32,845 nucleotides of DNA from Dehalococcoidia bacterium (GTDB taxonomy: Bacteria; Chloroflexota; Dehalococcoidia; Dehalococcoidales; RBG-16-60-22), in the NCBI GenBank assembly GCA_030615655.1, contig JAUWYU010000002.1, positions 1 to 32,845 on the forward strand. The letters run 5' to 3'. This document shows positions 16,218-24,478 of the stretch, one piece after another. How positions within the stretch are numbered: position 1 is the first letter of the stretch; every line of letters begins with the position of its first letter. Under the pieces are notes generated by a model. It ran no database searches. It was not told the origin of the DNA and saw only the letters and a program-made list of their open reading frames with translations. Position numbers and translations under genes: made by a program.

Positions 16218-16931
16218 ATGAAGAAAGTGCTAAGAGTGCTGTTAGTCTTCTCTCTACTGGCGGCAATCTCATTCTTGCTCCCCGCTTGCCAGGGAGAGGA
16301 AGGAGAGGAGGAGAAAGCGCCAGAGGGGCAGTTGCCCGTCTATCAGGTCGGGGACAAATGGGTCTGGAGCTATGTGATGGATGGAACGGATTATACCCTC
16401 ACCGAGGAGATAACCGGGGAGGAAACGGTGGAGGGCCGCGACTGCTATGTTCTCGACATGTTGTTTGACCCGATCATAAGCTCCACCCATGATGATGTGG
16501 TCTACACCACTACCGGCATGAAGTACTGGATGGATAAAGACACCGCTCTTATGGGGGTCAAGATGGAAACATCGTTTACCGGTAATGGACGAACCTACAC
16601 CTCTTCAGAGATTTACTCCTACGACCCCTGGGTGAATCTATTCCCACTGGAGATAGGGAAGGAAGCAGAGTCAGAGTTAACCACCACGCAGTATGCAGGG
16701 GGCAGCCAGACAGGAGACCCCGTGGTAGTCACTGAGAAATACAAGATAGATAGCAGGGAGGACATCACCATTGCGGCCGGGACTTTTAACTGCTGGAAGA
16801 TAATTATATATGATGGCGCCGGCAGTGTTACCCTAATCATGTGGTATTCAGACCAGATTAAAAGCGCAGTTAAAATGACGGATGCAGAGGGCAACGTTAT
16901 GATGGAGCTTAAATCATACTCGATTGGCTAG
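16218..16931 (+). CDS. Lipoprotein of unknown function
   Basis: Start trimmed to the ATG at 16218, preceded by an AAAGGAGG RBS. Signal peptide MKKVLRVLLVFSLLAAISFLLPAC with a lipobox (LPAC), then an acidic linker. No recognised domain. Confidence 0.75.
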   Translation: MKKVLRVLLVFSLLAAISFLLPACQGEEGEEEKAPEGQLPVYQVGDKWVWSYVMDGTDYTLTEEITGEETVEGRDCYVLDMLFDPIISSTHDDVVYTTTGMKYWMDKDTALMGVKMETSFTGNGRTYTSSEIYSYDPWVNLFPLEIGKEAESELTTTQYAGGSQTGDPVVVTEKYKIDSREDITIAAGTFNCWKIIIYDGAGSVTLIMWYSDQIKSAVKMTDAEGNVMMELKSYSIG

Positions 16932-16973
16932 TTGGCTATTGACCGAGAGGGTATAGAGTGCTGGCACTTTTTA

Positions 16974-18899
16974 TTAGATATCCAGATTAGCCGTCTTGGC
17001 GTGCGCCTGGATGAAAGCCTTGCGGGGCGGGACTTCACCGCCCATCAGCATCTGAAAAACCTCATCGGCCCTGGTAGCGTCTTCAATGTTTACTTCGAGG
17101 ATGGTGCGGGTGTTCGGGTCCATGGTGGTCTCCCAGAGCTGTTCCGCCGTCATTTCACCCAGGCCCTTGTAGCGCTGAATCTCTGTCTTTCTTGAAGTAC
17201 TATTCTGTAGTACTTCCTCTTTTTCCTGTTCCGAATAGACCCATTTCAAGCCATCACTGCTTTTGATGCGGTAAAGAGGTGGTTGGGCGATGTAAAGGTG
17301 CCTCTGGCTGATGAGCTCCATCATGTGCCGGAAGAAGAAGGTGAGCAGAAGGGTGCGGATGTGGGAGCCGTCAACGTCGGCGTCGGTCATCAGAATGATA
17401 CGGTTGTAACGCAGGCGCGTCGGGTCAAATTCGTCGTCGATGCTGGTGCCGAGGGCAGTCACTATGGTGCGGATTTCGTTATTGGCCAGCATCTTGTCCG
17501 GCGGTGCCTTCTCCACATTCAGGATTTTACCGCGCAGCGGAAGTATCGCCTGGAAGCGGCGGTTCCGACCCTGCTTGGCGGAGCCCCCGGCGGAGGGGCC
17601 CTCCACCAGAAAGAGCTCGCACTGCTCCGGGTCTTTCTCCGAGCAGTCTGCCAGCGTGCCGGGCAGCGTACCCGTTTCCAGTCCGCTCTTTCTGATAATT
17701 AAATCGCGTGCCTTCCTGGCGGCTTCCCTGGCTTTGGAGGAGATAACGCATTTTTCTATGATTTTCTTGGCTTCATCGGGGTGTTCCTCGAGGTAGAGGG
17801 TTAAGCCCTCGTTGACGGCACTCTCTACCTGACTTTTGATTTCAATATTGCCCAGCTTGCTCTTGGTCTGACCCTCAAATTGCGGCTCGGAGAGCTTGAC
17901 ACTGATGATAGCGGTAAGTCCTTCCCTGACGTCCTCACCGGTCAGGTTGGGTTCATCTTCCTTGAGGAGCTTGTTTTTATGAGCGTAGTCGTTAAGCACG
18001 CGGGTCAACGCTGAGCGAAACCCGGTAATATGGGTGCCGCCATCTATGGTATTCACGCAGTTGGCGAAGCTGAAGGCGGATTCACTGAAGCCATCGTTGT
18101 ACTGGAGGGCTACCTCGACCGTCGTGCTGTTGACCATTTTGGAGATATAAATAGGTACCGGATGACGTACTACGCGGTTTCGATTGAGGTGGCGGACGAA
18201 GCCGGTAATCCCGCCTTCAAAATAGAAAGTCCGTTCCAGGTCCTTACCTTCGTCTTTGATGGTTATTTCCACAGCTTTATTGAGATAGGCCATCTCCCGC
18301 AGATGTTCGCTTAAGATATCAAAATCATAGCTGATATTACCAAATATCTCCGTATCGGCAAGGAAGGTAGTGGTGGTGCCGGTGTCATCGGCTTCGCCGA
18401 TTACTTCTAGTTCTCCCTGCGGTATACCCTGCCGGTACTCCTGGTAGTAAATCTTGCCGTTAAGCCTGACATCGACCCGGCAGTGTGAGGAGAGCGCATT
18501 GACCACCGAGGCACCTACGCCGTGCAGTCCGCCCGACACCACGTAGGTCTTACCGCCGAACTTGGCCCCGGCGTGGAGCACGGTCATTACCGTCTCCAGG
18601 GCTGATACATTGGTGGAGGGGTGGATGTCTACCGGAATGCCGCGCCCGTTGTCCACCACGGTTACGTAGTTATCCTCTTTAATGGTGACGGTAATGCGGT
18701 CACAGCAGCCGGCCATGGCTTCGTCAATGCTGTTATAGGCAACCTCGTAGACCAGATGGTGCAGTCCGCGCTGGTCCGTGCTGCCGATATACATGCTGGG
18801 ACGGCGCCGCACCGCCTCCCGTCCACCCAGTACCTGAATGTCCTCGGCGGTATATTTGTTATTGTTTTGCGGCTCTTCCGGCCTGGTTTTCTTCGGCAT
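16974..18899 (-). CDS. gyrB: DNA gyrase subunit B
   Basis: [92 protein letters not shown]. Start trimmed to MPKKTRPEE (ATG at 18899). Confidence 0.95.
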   Translation of the reverse strand: MPKKTRPEEPQNNNKYTAEDIQVLGGREAVRRRPSMYIGSTDQRGLHHLVYEVAYNSIDEAMAGCCDRITVTIKEDNYVTVVDNGRGIPVDIHPSTNVSALETVMTVLHAGAKFGGKTYVVSGGLHGVGASVVNALSSHCRVDVRLNGKIYYQEYRQGIPQGELEVIGEADDTGTTTTFLADTEIFGNISYDFDILSEHLREMAYLNKAVEITIKDEGKDLERTFYFEGGITGFVRHLNRNRVVRHPVPIYISKMVNSTTVEVALQYNDGFSESAFSFANCVNTIDGGTHITGFRSALTRVLNDYAHKNKLLKEDEPNLTGEDVREGLTAIISVKLSEPQFEGQTKSKLGNIEIKSQVESAVNEGLTLYLEEHPDEAKKIIEKCVISSKAREAARKARDLIIRKSGLETGTLPGTLADCSEKDPEQCELFLVEGPSAGGSAKQGRNRRFQAILPLRGKILNVEKAPPDKMLANNEIRTIVTALGTSIDDEFDPTRLRYNRIILMTDADVDGSHIRTLLLTFFFRHMMELISQRHLYIAQPPLYRIKSSDGLKWVYSEQEKEEVLQNSTSRKTEIQRYKGLGEMTAEQLWETTMDPNTRTILEVNIEDATRADEVFQMLMGGEVPPRKAFIQAHAKTANLDI

Positions 18900-19039
18900 T
18901 ATATGTCTTCTCTCATTGGGCAGTGATAATAGGAGGCAGGCGAACGGCGGTGGTTGATGGGAACAGTGTGTCCTGAGTAGCTTACAGCTACAATTGAGCG
19001 GGCTGACCAACTAAAAAACGTACACATCTAGCCTGTTAA

Positions 19040-19068
19040 ATTTTAGCATAATTTAGCTATAAAGTAAA
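19040..19068 (-). promoter_or_regulatory. Candidate gyrB promoter
   Basis: Minus strand TTTACT (19068..19063), 17-nt spacer, TAAAAT (19045..19040). This would give a 5' UTR of about 135 nt. Confidence 0.3.
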
Positions 19069-19171
19069 GCTGGGGAGGGGTGTTTTTTGTCGTATGAGGT
19101 TGTATTGACGAGGCTTTTTATGCCAGGTATTCCATTTTTTATCCCAAAAGTGTATTATCAGAACAGGAATT

Positions 19172-19225
19172 AGAGAAAATGCAGACATTGCAGAAATTGG
19201 AGAAAATGCAGACATCTGGAGAAAG
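19172..19225 (+). repeat. Two tandem copies of a 27-nt unit with a 16-nt perfect core GAGAAAATGCAGACAT
   Basis: The core occurs at 19173..19188 and 19200..19215. The units agree at 18 of 27 positions without gaps. Ends 8 nt before the GH3 start codon and contains the RBS region. Confidence 0.85.
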
Positions 19226-19233
19226 GAGGTTCT

Positions 19234-20817
19234 ATGATGACTAAAGATGAGTTGTTCAGAACGGGAGACCAGGAAAGAATCTGGCAGAAATACTGCGGGT
19301 TTCTCGACCTCTCTATGACAGAGTTCATGGAGATACAGGAACAGTTGTTAATGGAGCATATTGAGCAGATAGCTGATAGCCACCTGGCCAAGAATTTCAT
19401 GCCGCAGAAACCGCGGAATATATCCGAATTCCGCAATCATGTACCGCTGACGACATATGAGGACTATGCCCCCTATTTCAGCGAGAAGAACGAGGATGTT
19501 TTGGCAGGTAAACCTTACGCATGGACTCATACCTCTGGTAGAGGAGGTAGCGTCAAGTGGGTGCCATACACCCAACGGGCTTTTGAACGTCTGGGTATCT
19601 CCGGCGTTACTACGCTCATACTTGCTTGTGCTTCCCGCAGGGGTGAGGTCAATGTCCAGCCGAATATTCGCCTCATGCAAAATTTGCCTCCCAAGCCTTA
19701 TTATTCATGGCTCGGTGCGTCTGCAATGCTAAGCCTTTTGGACGTTTACACGATACCTCCCCTGGAATTGTCCGAGGCGGAGACCTTTGAGAAGAGGATA
19801 CAGATGGGTTTTGAAATAGCGCTCCGGACCGGTGTAGATGTTCTGGGCTCTTTAACAACTGTTTTAATTAGAATGGGCGAACGCTTTACCGAAGGCTCGG
19901 CGCAATTTAAAATTTCCCGAACTATGCTACATCCAAAAGTAATGCTGCGCCTTGTAATGGCCTGGTTAAAGAGTAAAGTCCGCAAGAGAGCTTTGCTGCC
20001 GCAGGACTTGTGGCCTTTGAAGGGACTCATCTGCTACGGTATGGATACAAGCATTTACAAGGAGCAACTTGTATATTATTGGGGGAAGGAGCCCCTGGAG
20101 GTATACGCTGGTACAGAAATGGGACTGGTAGCAACTCAATCGTGGAACAAAAAAGATATGACGTTTCTTCCTTTTTCTTGCTTTCTCGAGTTTATCCCCG
20201 AGGATGAGTGGCTTAAGTCTCGTGAGGATAAAGACTATCAACCATCAACAATTCTCCTTGATGAGCTTGAAGAGGGAAAGCGTTATGAAGTTGTAATTAC
20301 CAGTTTTTATGGCATGCCTTTCTTGAGATACAGAGTGGGTGACCTTATCAAAATTATAGCCTTGAGCGATAGTGGAAGCGGGGTTAGGATTCCTCAGATG
20401 ACTTTTGATAGTCGGTCTGACGACTTGATAGACATCGGCGGTTTCACCCGGCTGGATGAAAAAACTGTCTGGCAGGCTATTTTTAACAGTAAAATAAGGA
20501 ATGTTGACTGGTGTTTACGAAAGGAATACGAAGAGGGGCAAGCGGTACTCCACCTCTATATTGAGTTTAAAGACGATACCGATGTTGAGGAGGTACAGCG
20601 TGTTATAAATGACCACCTAAAGTCTCTTGACCCTGACTACCGCAACCTCCACGATATGCTTGGTATGCAACCATTGAGGGTTACTTCACTGCCAAAGGGC
20701 AGTTTCCAGAGATATTACGAGGCGAAGCGGATGGGAGGTGCTGACCTATCCCACCTCAAGCCTCCTCATATGAATGCATCCGATTCTGCGATCCAGGAGC
20801 TCCTGGGACAAATTTAA
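19234..20817 (+). CDS. GH3-family (acyl-acid amido synthetase-like) adenylating enzyme
   Basis: 527 aa. N-terminal ...[16 protein letters not shown]..., then [15 protein letters not shown] (the GH3/ANL-type S-G-x-x-G-x-x-K nucleotide motif), and the overall length fit bacterial GH3 domain proteins. AAGGAGG RBS. Confidence 0.7.
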   Translation: MMTKDELFRTGDQERIWQKYCGFLDLSMTEFMEIQEQLLMEHIEQIADSHLAKNFMPQKPRNISEFRNHVPLTTYEDYAPYFSEKNEDVLAGKPYAWTHTSGRGGSVKWVPYTQRAFERLGISGVTTLILACASRRGEVNVQPNIRLMQNLPPKPYYSWLGASAMLSLLDVYTIPPLELSEAETFEKRIQMGFEIALRTGVDVLGSLTTVLIRMGERFTEGSAQFKISRTMLHPKVMLRLVMAWLKSKVRKRALLPQDLWPLKGLICYGMDTSIYKEQLVYYWGKEPLEVYAGTEMGLVATQSWNKKDMTFLPFSCFLEFIPEDEWLKSREDKDYQPSTILLDELEEGKRYEVVITSFYGMPFLRYRVGDLIKIIALSDSGSGVRIPQMTFDSRSDDLIDIGGFTRLDEKTVWQAIFNSKIRNVDWCLRKEYEEGQAVLHLYIEFKDDTDVEEVQRVINDHLKSLDPDYRNLHDMLGMQPLRVTSLPKGSFQRYYEAKRMGGADLSHLKPPHMNASDSAIQELLGQI

Positions 20818-20837
20818 TAATTGCAGGCATAACAATC

Positions 20838-23324
20838 ATGAATTTATACTTAGCGCTGCCCATAGTCCAGGTTCTCTTCGCTGTAGTATTGGTTTTTTAT
20901 ATTTTAAAAAGGAATGCTCGCAGCTGGGTTCATAGACTATTTTCGCTCTATCTCATGGCACTGGCTCTCTGGGGCGGCGTCATCTTTGCCATGCGCGCAA
21001 GCCCGGACCTGGAGCATGCTTATATATGGGAAAAAGTATTAATACCAGTAGCTCCGCTCATGGCTGTCATCTTTTATCATTTTACCATTCGATTCACTAA
21101 GACTAAACTCCCCAGGTGGTGGCTTTTCTGTGCCTACATAGTCTGCGTCTTGTTTGCATCGATAGCCGGAACACGCCTGGTAATCGAAGGAATGCAGCTG
21201 AAATCTTATGGTTATGCTCCGATTCCGGGGCCGGCCATGCTACTGTGGGGACTGTTCAGTTATCTGATGATGATACTTGCGCTTCGGGTTCTCTTTAGAG
21301 ATATCAGGACAGCGGAGTCATCAGTCCAAAGAAACCGAAGTGCCTATATCCTTACTGGAATAATCGTTGCTCTGGCAGGCGGGGTGTTTGATGTGTTGCC
21401 CTCTTTCGGTTTTGTACTTTATCCTGGGGCTATCATTGGCAACATAGTTTTTTGCTTCTTGGTCGCCGTAGCCATAGTGAAATACCATCTTCTGGACATC
21501 AATATTGTCCTGCGTAAAGGCGTTGCCTACCTTTTAATAAGCGCCGTAGTTGCCATACCGGTGATAGGTCTGGCCTTTCTGGTTGCGAATATCCTTCATG
21601 AATCGCTACTCACTCTCTGGCTCTATCTTTTGCTCATTATTGTCCTAGCGTTCACTGTTCCGGCATTATGGAGGTTAGTCCAGCGGCAGGTAGACAGGTG
21701 GTTTTACCGTGACCGGTACGATTCCCTCAAGGCTCTGGAGACTTTCAGCTGGCACACGCAGAGCCTTTCCGATTTCACCAAGGTAGGGCGCACTACGGTT
21801 AAGATGGTCGCCGGGGCGCTGCATGCCTCAAGTGTTTACCTTTTGCAGCCGCTATCAAAAAACGGAGAGTTTCAAGTAGTATGTTCTGCAAATGAGAGTG
21901 AAGACGTTTCTGGCATAGTCTTTAAAGCTCAGAGCCCTCTGCTCAGGTGGCTTGAGCGTTCCAACGGATTATTACGCTATCAGGATATAGATGTCATCCC
22001 TCAGTTACAGAGTGTCATATGGGAAGAGAAAGAGTGCCTACAGGAGATAGGGGCGGAGTTCATTGCGCCACTGAGGTCACGCACCGCTCAGGTATCGGGG
22101 CTGCTCATAGTGGGCAGGAAGCTCTCGGGGCAGCCTTACAGTGTTGAGGACATGCAGCTGGCTTCTACTATAAGCAATCAGATAGCTATTACTTTAGAAA
22201 ATGCACGGTTGTACAGGGATATCCTTGAAGCCAGAGAGAATCTGGAAACATGGCTGAACAGCATGAGCGATTGCGTGATGATTGTCGATACCAACCAGAC
22301 GATACAATTCGTGAATCATGCCGCGGAGAAAAATTTTAGTATTAGCGGTGAAAAGAAATGCTGGAAAGCCCTCGGGAAAGAAGGGAAGTGTCCTGATTGT
22401 CCTGTTCAGGGAACTTTGGGTAATGGTGACGTGAAGCCAAGAAATATCGGTAACCGGTATATAGGTGATAAGGAGTACGAGGTGGCTACCGCTCCCCTGC
22501 TGAACCCGGACGGCAGCATATCGATTATGGGGGTGTACCGGGACATCACCGAAAGAAAAAGACTGGAAGAGGAGATTATCCAGGCTGAAGTCGAGATAGA
22601 AACTCTGCACCGATCAGAGCGCCTGAAGACCGAACTTTTGTCCATGGTTTCTCACGAACTGCGTACCCCGCTGGCCGTAATCAAGGGCTATACTACCACG
22701 CTTCTGCGTAAACGGAAGAAGTGGGGTGAGGGAGAGAAGAGGGAGTTTCTTATGGACATTAATCAGGAGACCGATTATCTGACCAGGCTGGTCGGGAACT
22801 TGCTGGATATGTCGCGTCTTGAGGCCGGAGCAATGGAGATGGAGAAGGACTGGTACCAGGTTTCCGAGATACTGGAGTGGGCGGATGGCGAACTGGGGGC
22901 AATTACCAAGCGTCACAAAATGCAGGTTTTGATACCTCCCGATTTGCCTTTTGTTTTCGTTGATAGGGTGCGTATCGGGCAGGTGCTGGTGAATCTCTGC
23001 GAAAATGCGGCGAAGTATTCCGAAAAGGGAAGCCAGGTTACAATTGAAGCCGAGCTTTCCGGGGAATCGGTTGTCGTGAGCGTTACGGATAAGGGTGAGG
23101 GCATAGCTCCGGAGAGTCTGGATAGAGTGTTTATCCGATTTTACCGGGTCGGGAGAGATCGCGATTCGAAATCAGGCATCGGCCTGGGGTTGTCCATCTG
23201 CCGGGGCATTGTTGAGGCACATGGCGGTGATATCCGGGTGCAAAGCGAGGTGGGCAAAGGTTCCAGGTTCTACTTCAACCTGCCGATAAGCGACAAGGAG
23301 GGCGGCAGGCTGACACTGCGTTAG
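20838..23324 (+). CDS. Sensor histidine kinase: N-terminal multi-TM (7TM-type) module, GAF-like, PAS, HisKA, HATPase_c
   Basis: About 280 aa of hydrophobic helices, then a GAF-like segment (...[38 protein letters not shown]), a PAS domain ([23 protein letters not shown]...YRDITERK), the H-box SHELRTPL, an N-box (NLCENAAKY) and G-boxes ([15 protein letters not shown]). Confidence 0.9.
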   Translation: MNLYLALPIVQVLFAVVLVFYILKRNARSWVHRLFSLYLMALALWGGVIFAMRASPDLEHAYIWEKVLIPVAPLMAVIFYHFTIRFTKTKLPRWWLFCAYIVCVLFASIAGTRLVIEGMQLKSYGYAPIPGPAMLLWGLFSYLMMILALRVLFRDIRTAESSVQRNRSAYILTGIIVALAGGVFDVLPSFGFVLYPGAIIGNIVFCFLVAVAIVKYHLLDINIVLRKGVAYLLISAVVAIPVIGLAFLVANILHESLLTLWLYLLLIIVLAFTVPALWRLVQRQVDRWFYRDRYDSLKALETFSWHTQSLSDFTKVGRTTVKMVAGALHASSVYLLQPLSKNGEFQVVCSANESEDVSGIVFKAQSPLLRWLERSNGLLRYQDIDVIPQLQSVIWEEKECLQEIGAEFIAPLRSRTAQVSGLLIVGRKLSGQPYSVEDMQLASTISNQIAITLENARLYRDILEARENLETWLNSMSDCVMIVDTNQTIQFVNHAAEKNFSISGEKKCWKALGKEGKCPDCPVQGTLGNGDVKPRNIGNRYIGDKEYEVATAPLLNPDGSISIMGVYRDITERKRLEEEIIQAEVEIETLHRSERLKTELLSMVSHELRTPLAVIKGYTTTLLRKRKKWGEGEKREFLMDINQETDYLTRLVGNLLDMSRLEAGAMEMEKDWYQVSEILEWADGELGAITKRHKMQVLIPPDLPFVFVDRVRIGQVLVNLCENAAKYSEKGSQVTIEAELSGESVVVSVTDKGEGIAPESLDRVFIRFYRVGRDRDSKSGIGLGLSICRGIVEAHGGDIRVQSEVGKGSRFYFNLPISDKEGGRLTLR

Positions 23325-23344
23325 TGATAGGAGGCAAGGTACAA

Positions 23345-24040
23345 ATGGGCCATACTTATATTCTCGTTGTTGATGACGACGAAAAGATAAGGAAGTTTCT
23401 GAGGGTCAACCTGTCTGGAGAGGGGTGGCATATTCTTACGGCGGCGGATGGCGCCGAAGCACTCCGGAAGGTGGAAAGGGACCCGCCCGACCTCGTTATT
23501 CTGGACATAATGATGCCGAAGATGGATGGTTTTGAGGTCTGCCGCCGGCTCCGTCAGTGGTCACAGGTCCCGATTATCGGGCTCAGCGCCCGGGGCGATA
23601 TGGCGGACAAGGTGAAATGCCTGAACCTTGGAGTCGATGACTATATTACCAAGCCGTTTGGTATTGACGAGCTTATCGCGCGAGTTAAGGCGGTACTCCG
23701 GCGTAATAAATTTGATGATTCCATGTCCCCGAAATCATCTTTCACGAGCGGCGACCTTAAGGTTGACTTTACGGCAAGGAGGGTTACCACCGACGGTAAT
23801 GAGATAAGGATGACACCAACGGAATATAAGCTATTACGAGAGCTGGTTCTTGGTGCGGGACAGGCTCTTAGTTATAAATATCTCCTGGGCAAGATATGGG
23901 GTCCGGAATATAAAACGGAAAGGGAATACCTCCACGTATATATAGGTCACCTGCGGGCCAAGATTGAACCTGACCAGAGAAACCCCGTATACATTATAAG
24001 CGTGCCCGGGGTGGGCTATCAGTTCCAGGATATTACTTAG
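23345..24040 (+). CDS. OmpR/PhoB-family response regulator (receiver plus winged-helix)
   Basis: ILVVDDDEKIRKF..., DLVILDIMMPKMDG, C-terminal ...LTPTEYKLLREL...VYIGHLRAKIE...PGVGYQF. Start placed at the ATG at 23345 after AGGAGG (23329..23334). The track alternative, GTG at 23324, overlaps the kinase stop. Confidence 0.9.
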   Translation: MGHTYILVVDDDEKIRKFLRVNLSGEGWHILTAADGAEALRKVERDPPDLVILDIMMPKMDGFEVCRRLRQWSQVPIIGLSARGDMADKVKCLNLGVDDYITKPFGIDELIARVKAVLRRNKFDDSMSPKSSFTSGDLKVDFTARRVTTDGNEIRMTPTEYKLLRELVLGAGQALSYKYLLGKIWGPEYKTEREYLHVYIGHLRAKIEPDQRNPVYIISVPGVGYQFQDIT

Positions 24041-24088
24041 CCCTACACGGACTATCATACTGGGAACCAGTTGATTCCCGCTGAGATA

Positions 24089-24433
24089 TTATCCTGAGGG
24101 GGGCCTGGTATTCGGGGGTGGTGGGTTCTTCATGCCCAGGCGGAATAATTCCCCGGTATCCTTACGCTTCCAGTTCATTGATATCCGTTGCTGGGTGGGG
24201 TGGAGCATGGTAATAGCCCCTGGCCGGGGGCACTCTTCAACGCAACCGCCGCAGTACCAGCATTCCTCGGGATAAAGGACTATGGGGGGTTTCTTCTTTT
24301 CCGGATTCGGCATCATAACATCAGTGGGGCATACATCTACGCAAAGGTTACAACCGCTGCATATATCAGGATTGAACTCTACCGCTTTATTTGGTGTTGG
24401 TGGATTGGGTACCATATATACTTTATCGCTCAT
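24089..24433 (-). CDS. Small 2x[4Fe-4S] ferredoxin subunit, AprB-like
   Basis: CSGCNLCVDVCP and CWYCGGCVEECPRPGAI, followed by a basic beta-rich tail (ISMNWKRKDTGELFRLG). Lies 45 nt downstream of the flavoprotein gene on the same strand. Confidence 0.75.
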   Translation of the reverse strand: MSDKVYMVPNPPTPNKAVEFNPDICSGCNLCVDVCPTDVMMPNPEKKKPPIVLYPEECWYCGGCVEECPRPGAITMLHPTQQRISMNWKRKDTGELFRLGMKNPPPPNTRPPSG

Positions 24434-24478
24434 TATAATTTACCTCTTTCTTAGCTCTTCGAGTTATTAACTCCGGGC

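Noticed and set aside
16955-16973. Hairpin between the convergent lipoprotein and gyrB genes as a bidirectional terminator
   Set aside because: The stem is only 4-6 bp including a G-U pair (AGAGTG-ctgg-CACTTT), and part of the T-run is consumed by the stem. It is too weak to annotate.
19172-19225. Possible CRISPR array
   Set aside because: There are only two copies of a 27-nt unit, directly adjacent with no spacers, and no cas genes. I treat it as a regulatory tandem repeat instead.
18900-19233. Possible replication origin in the AT-rich gyrB upstream region
   Set aside because: Only one imperfect DnaA-box-like string (TTATCCCAA) is present. There is no cluster of boxes and no dnaA or dnaN nearby.
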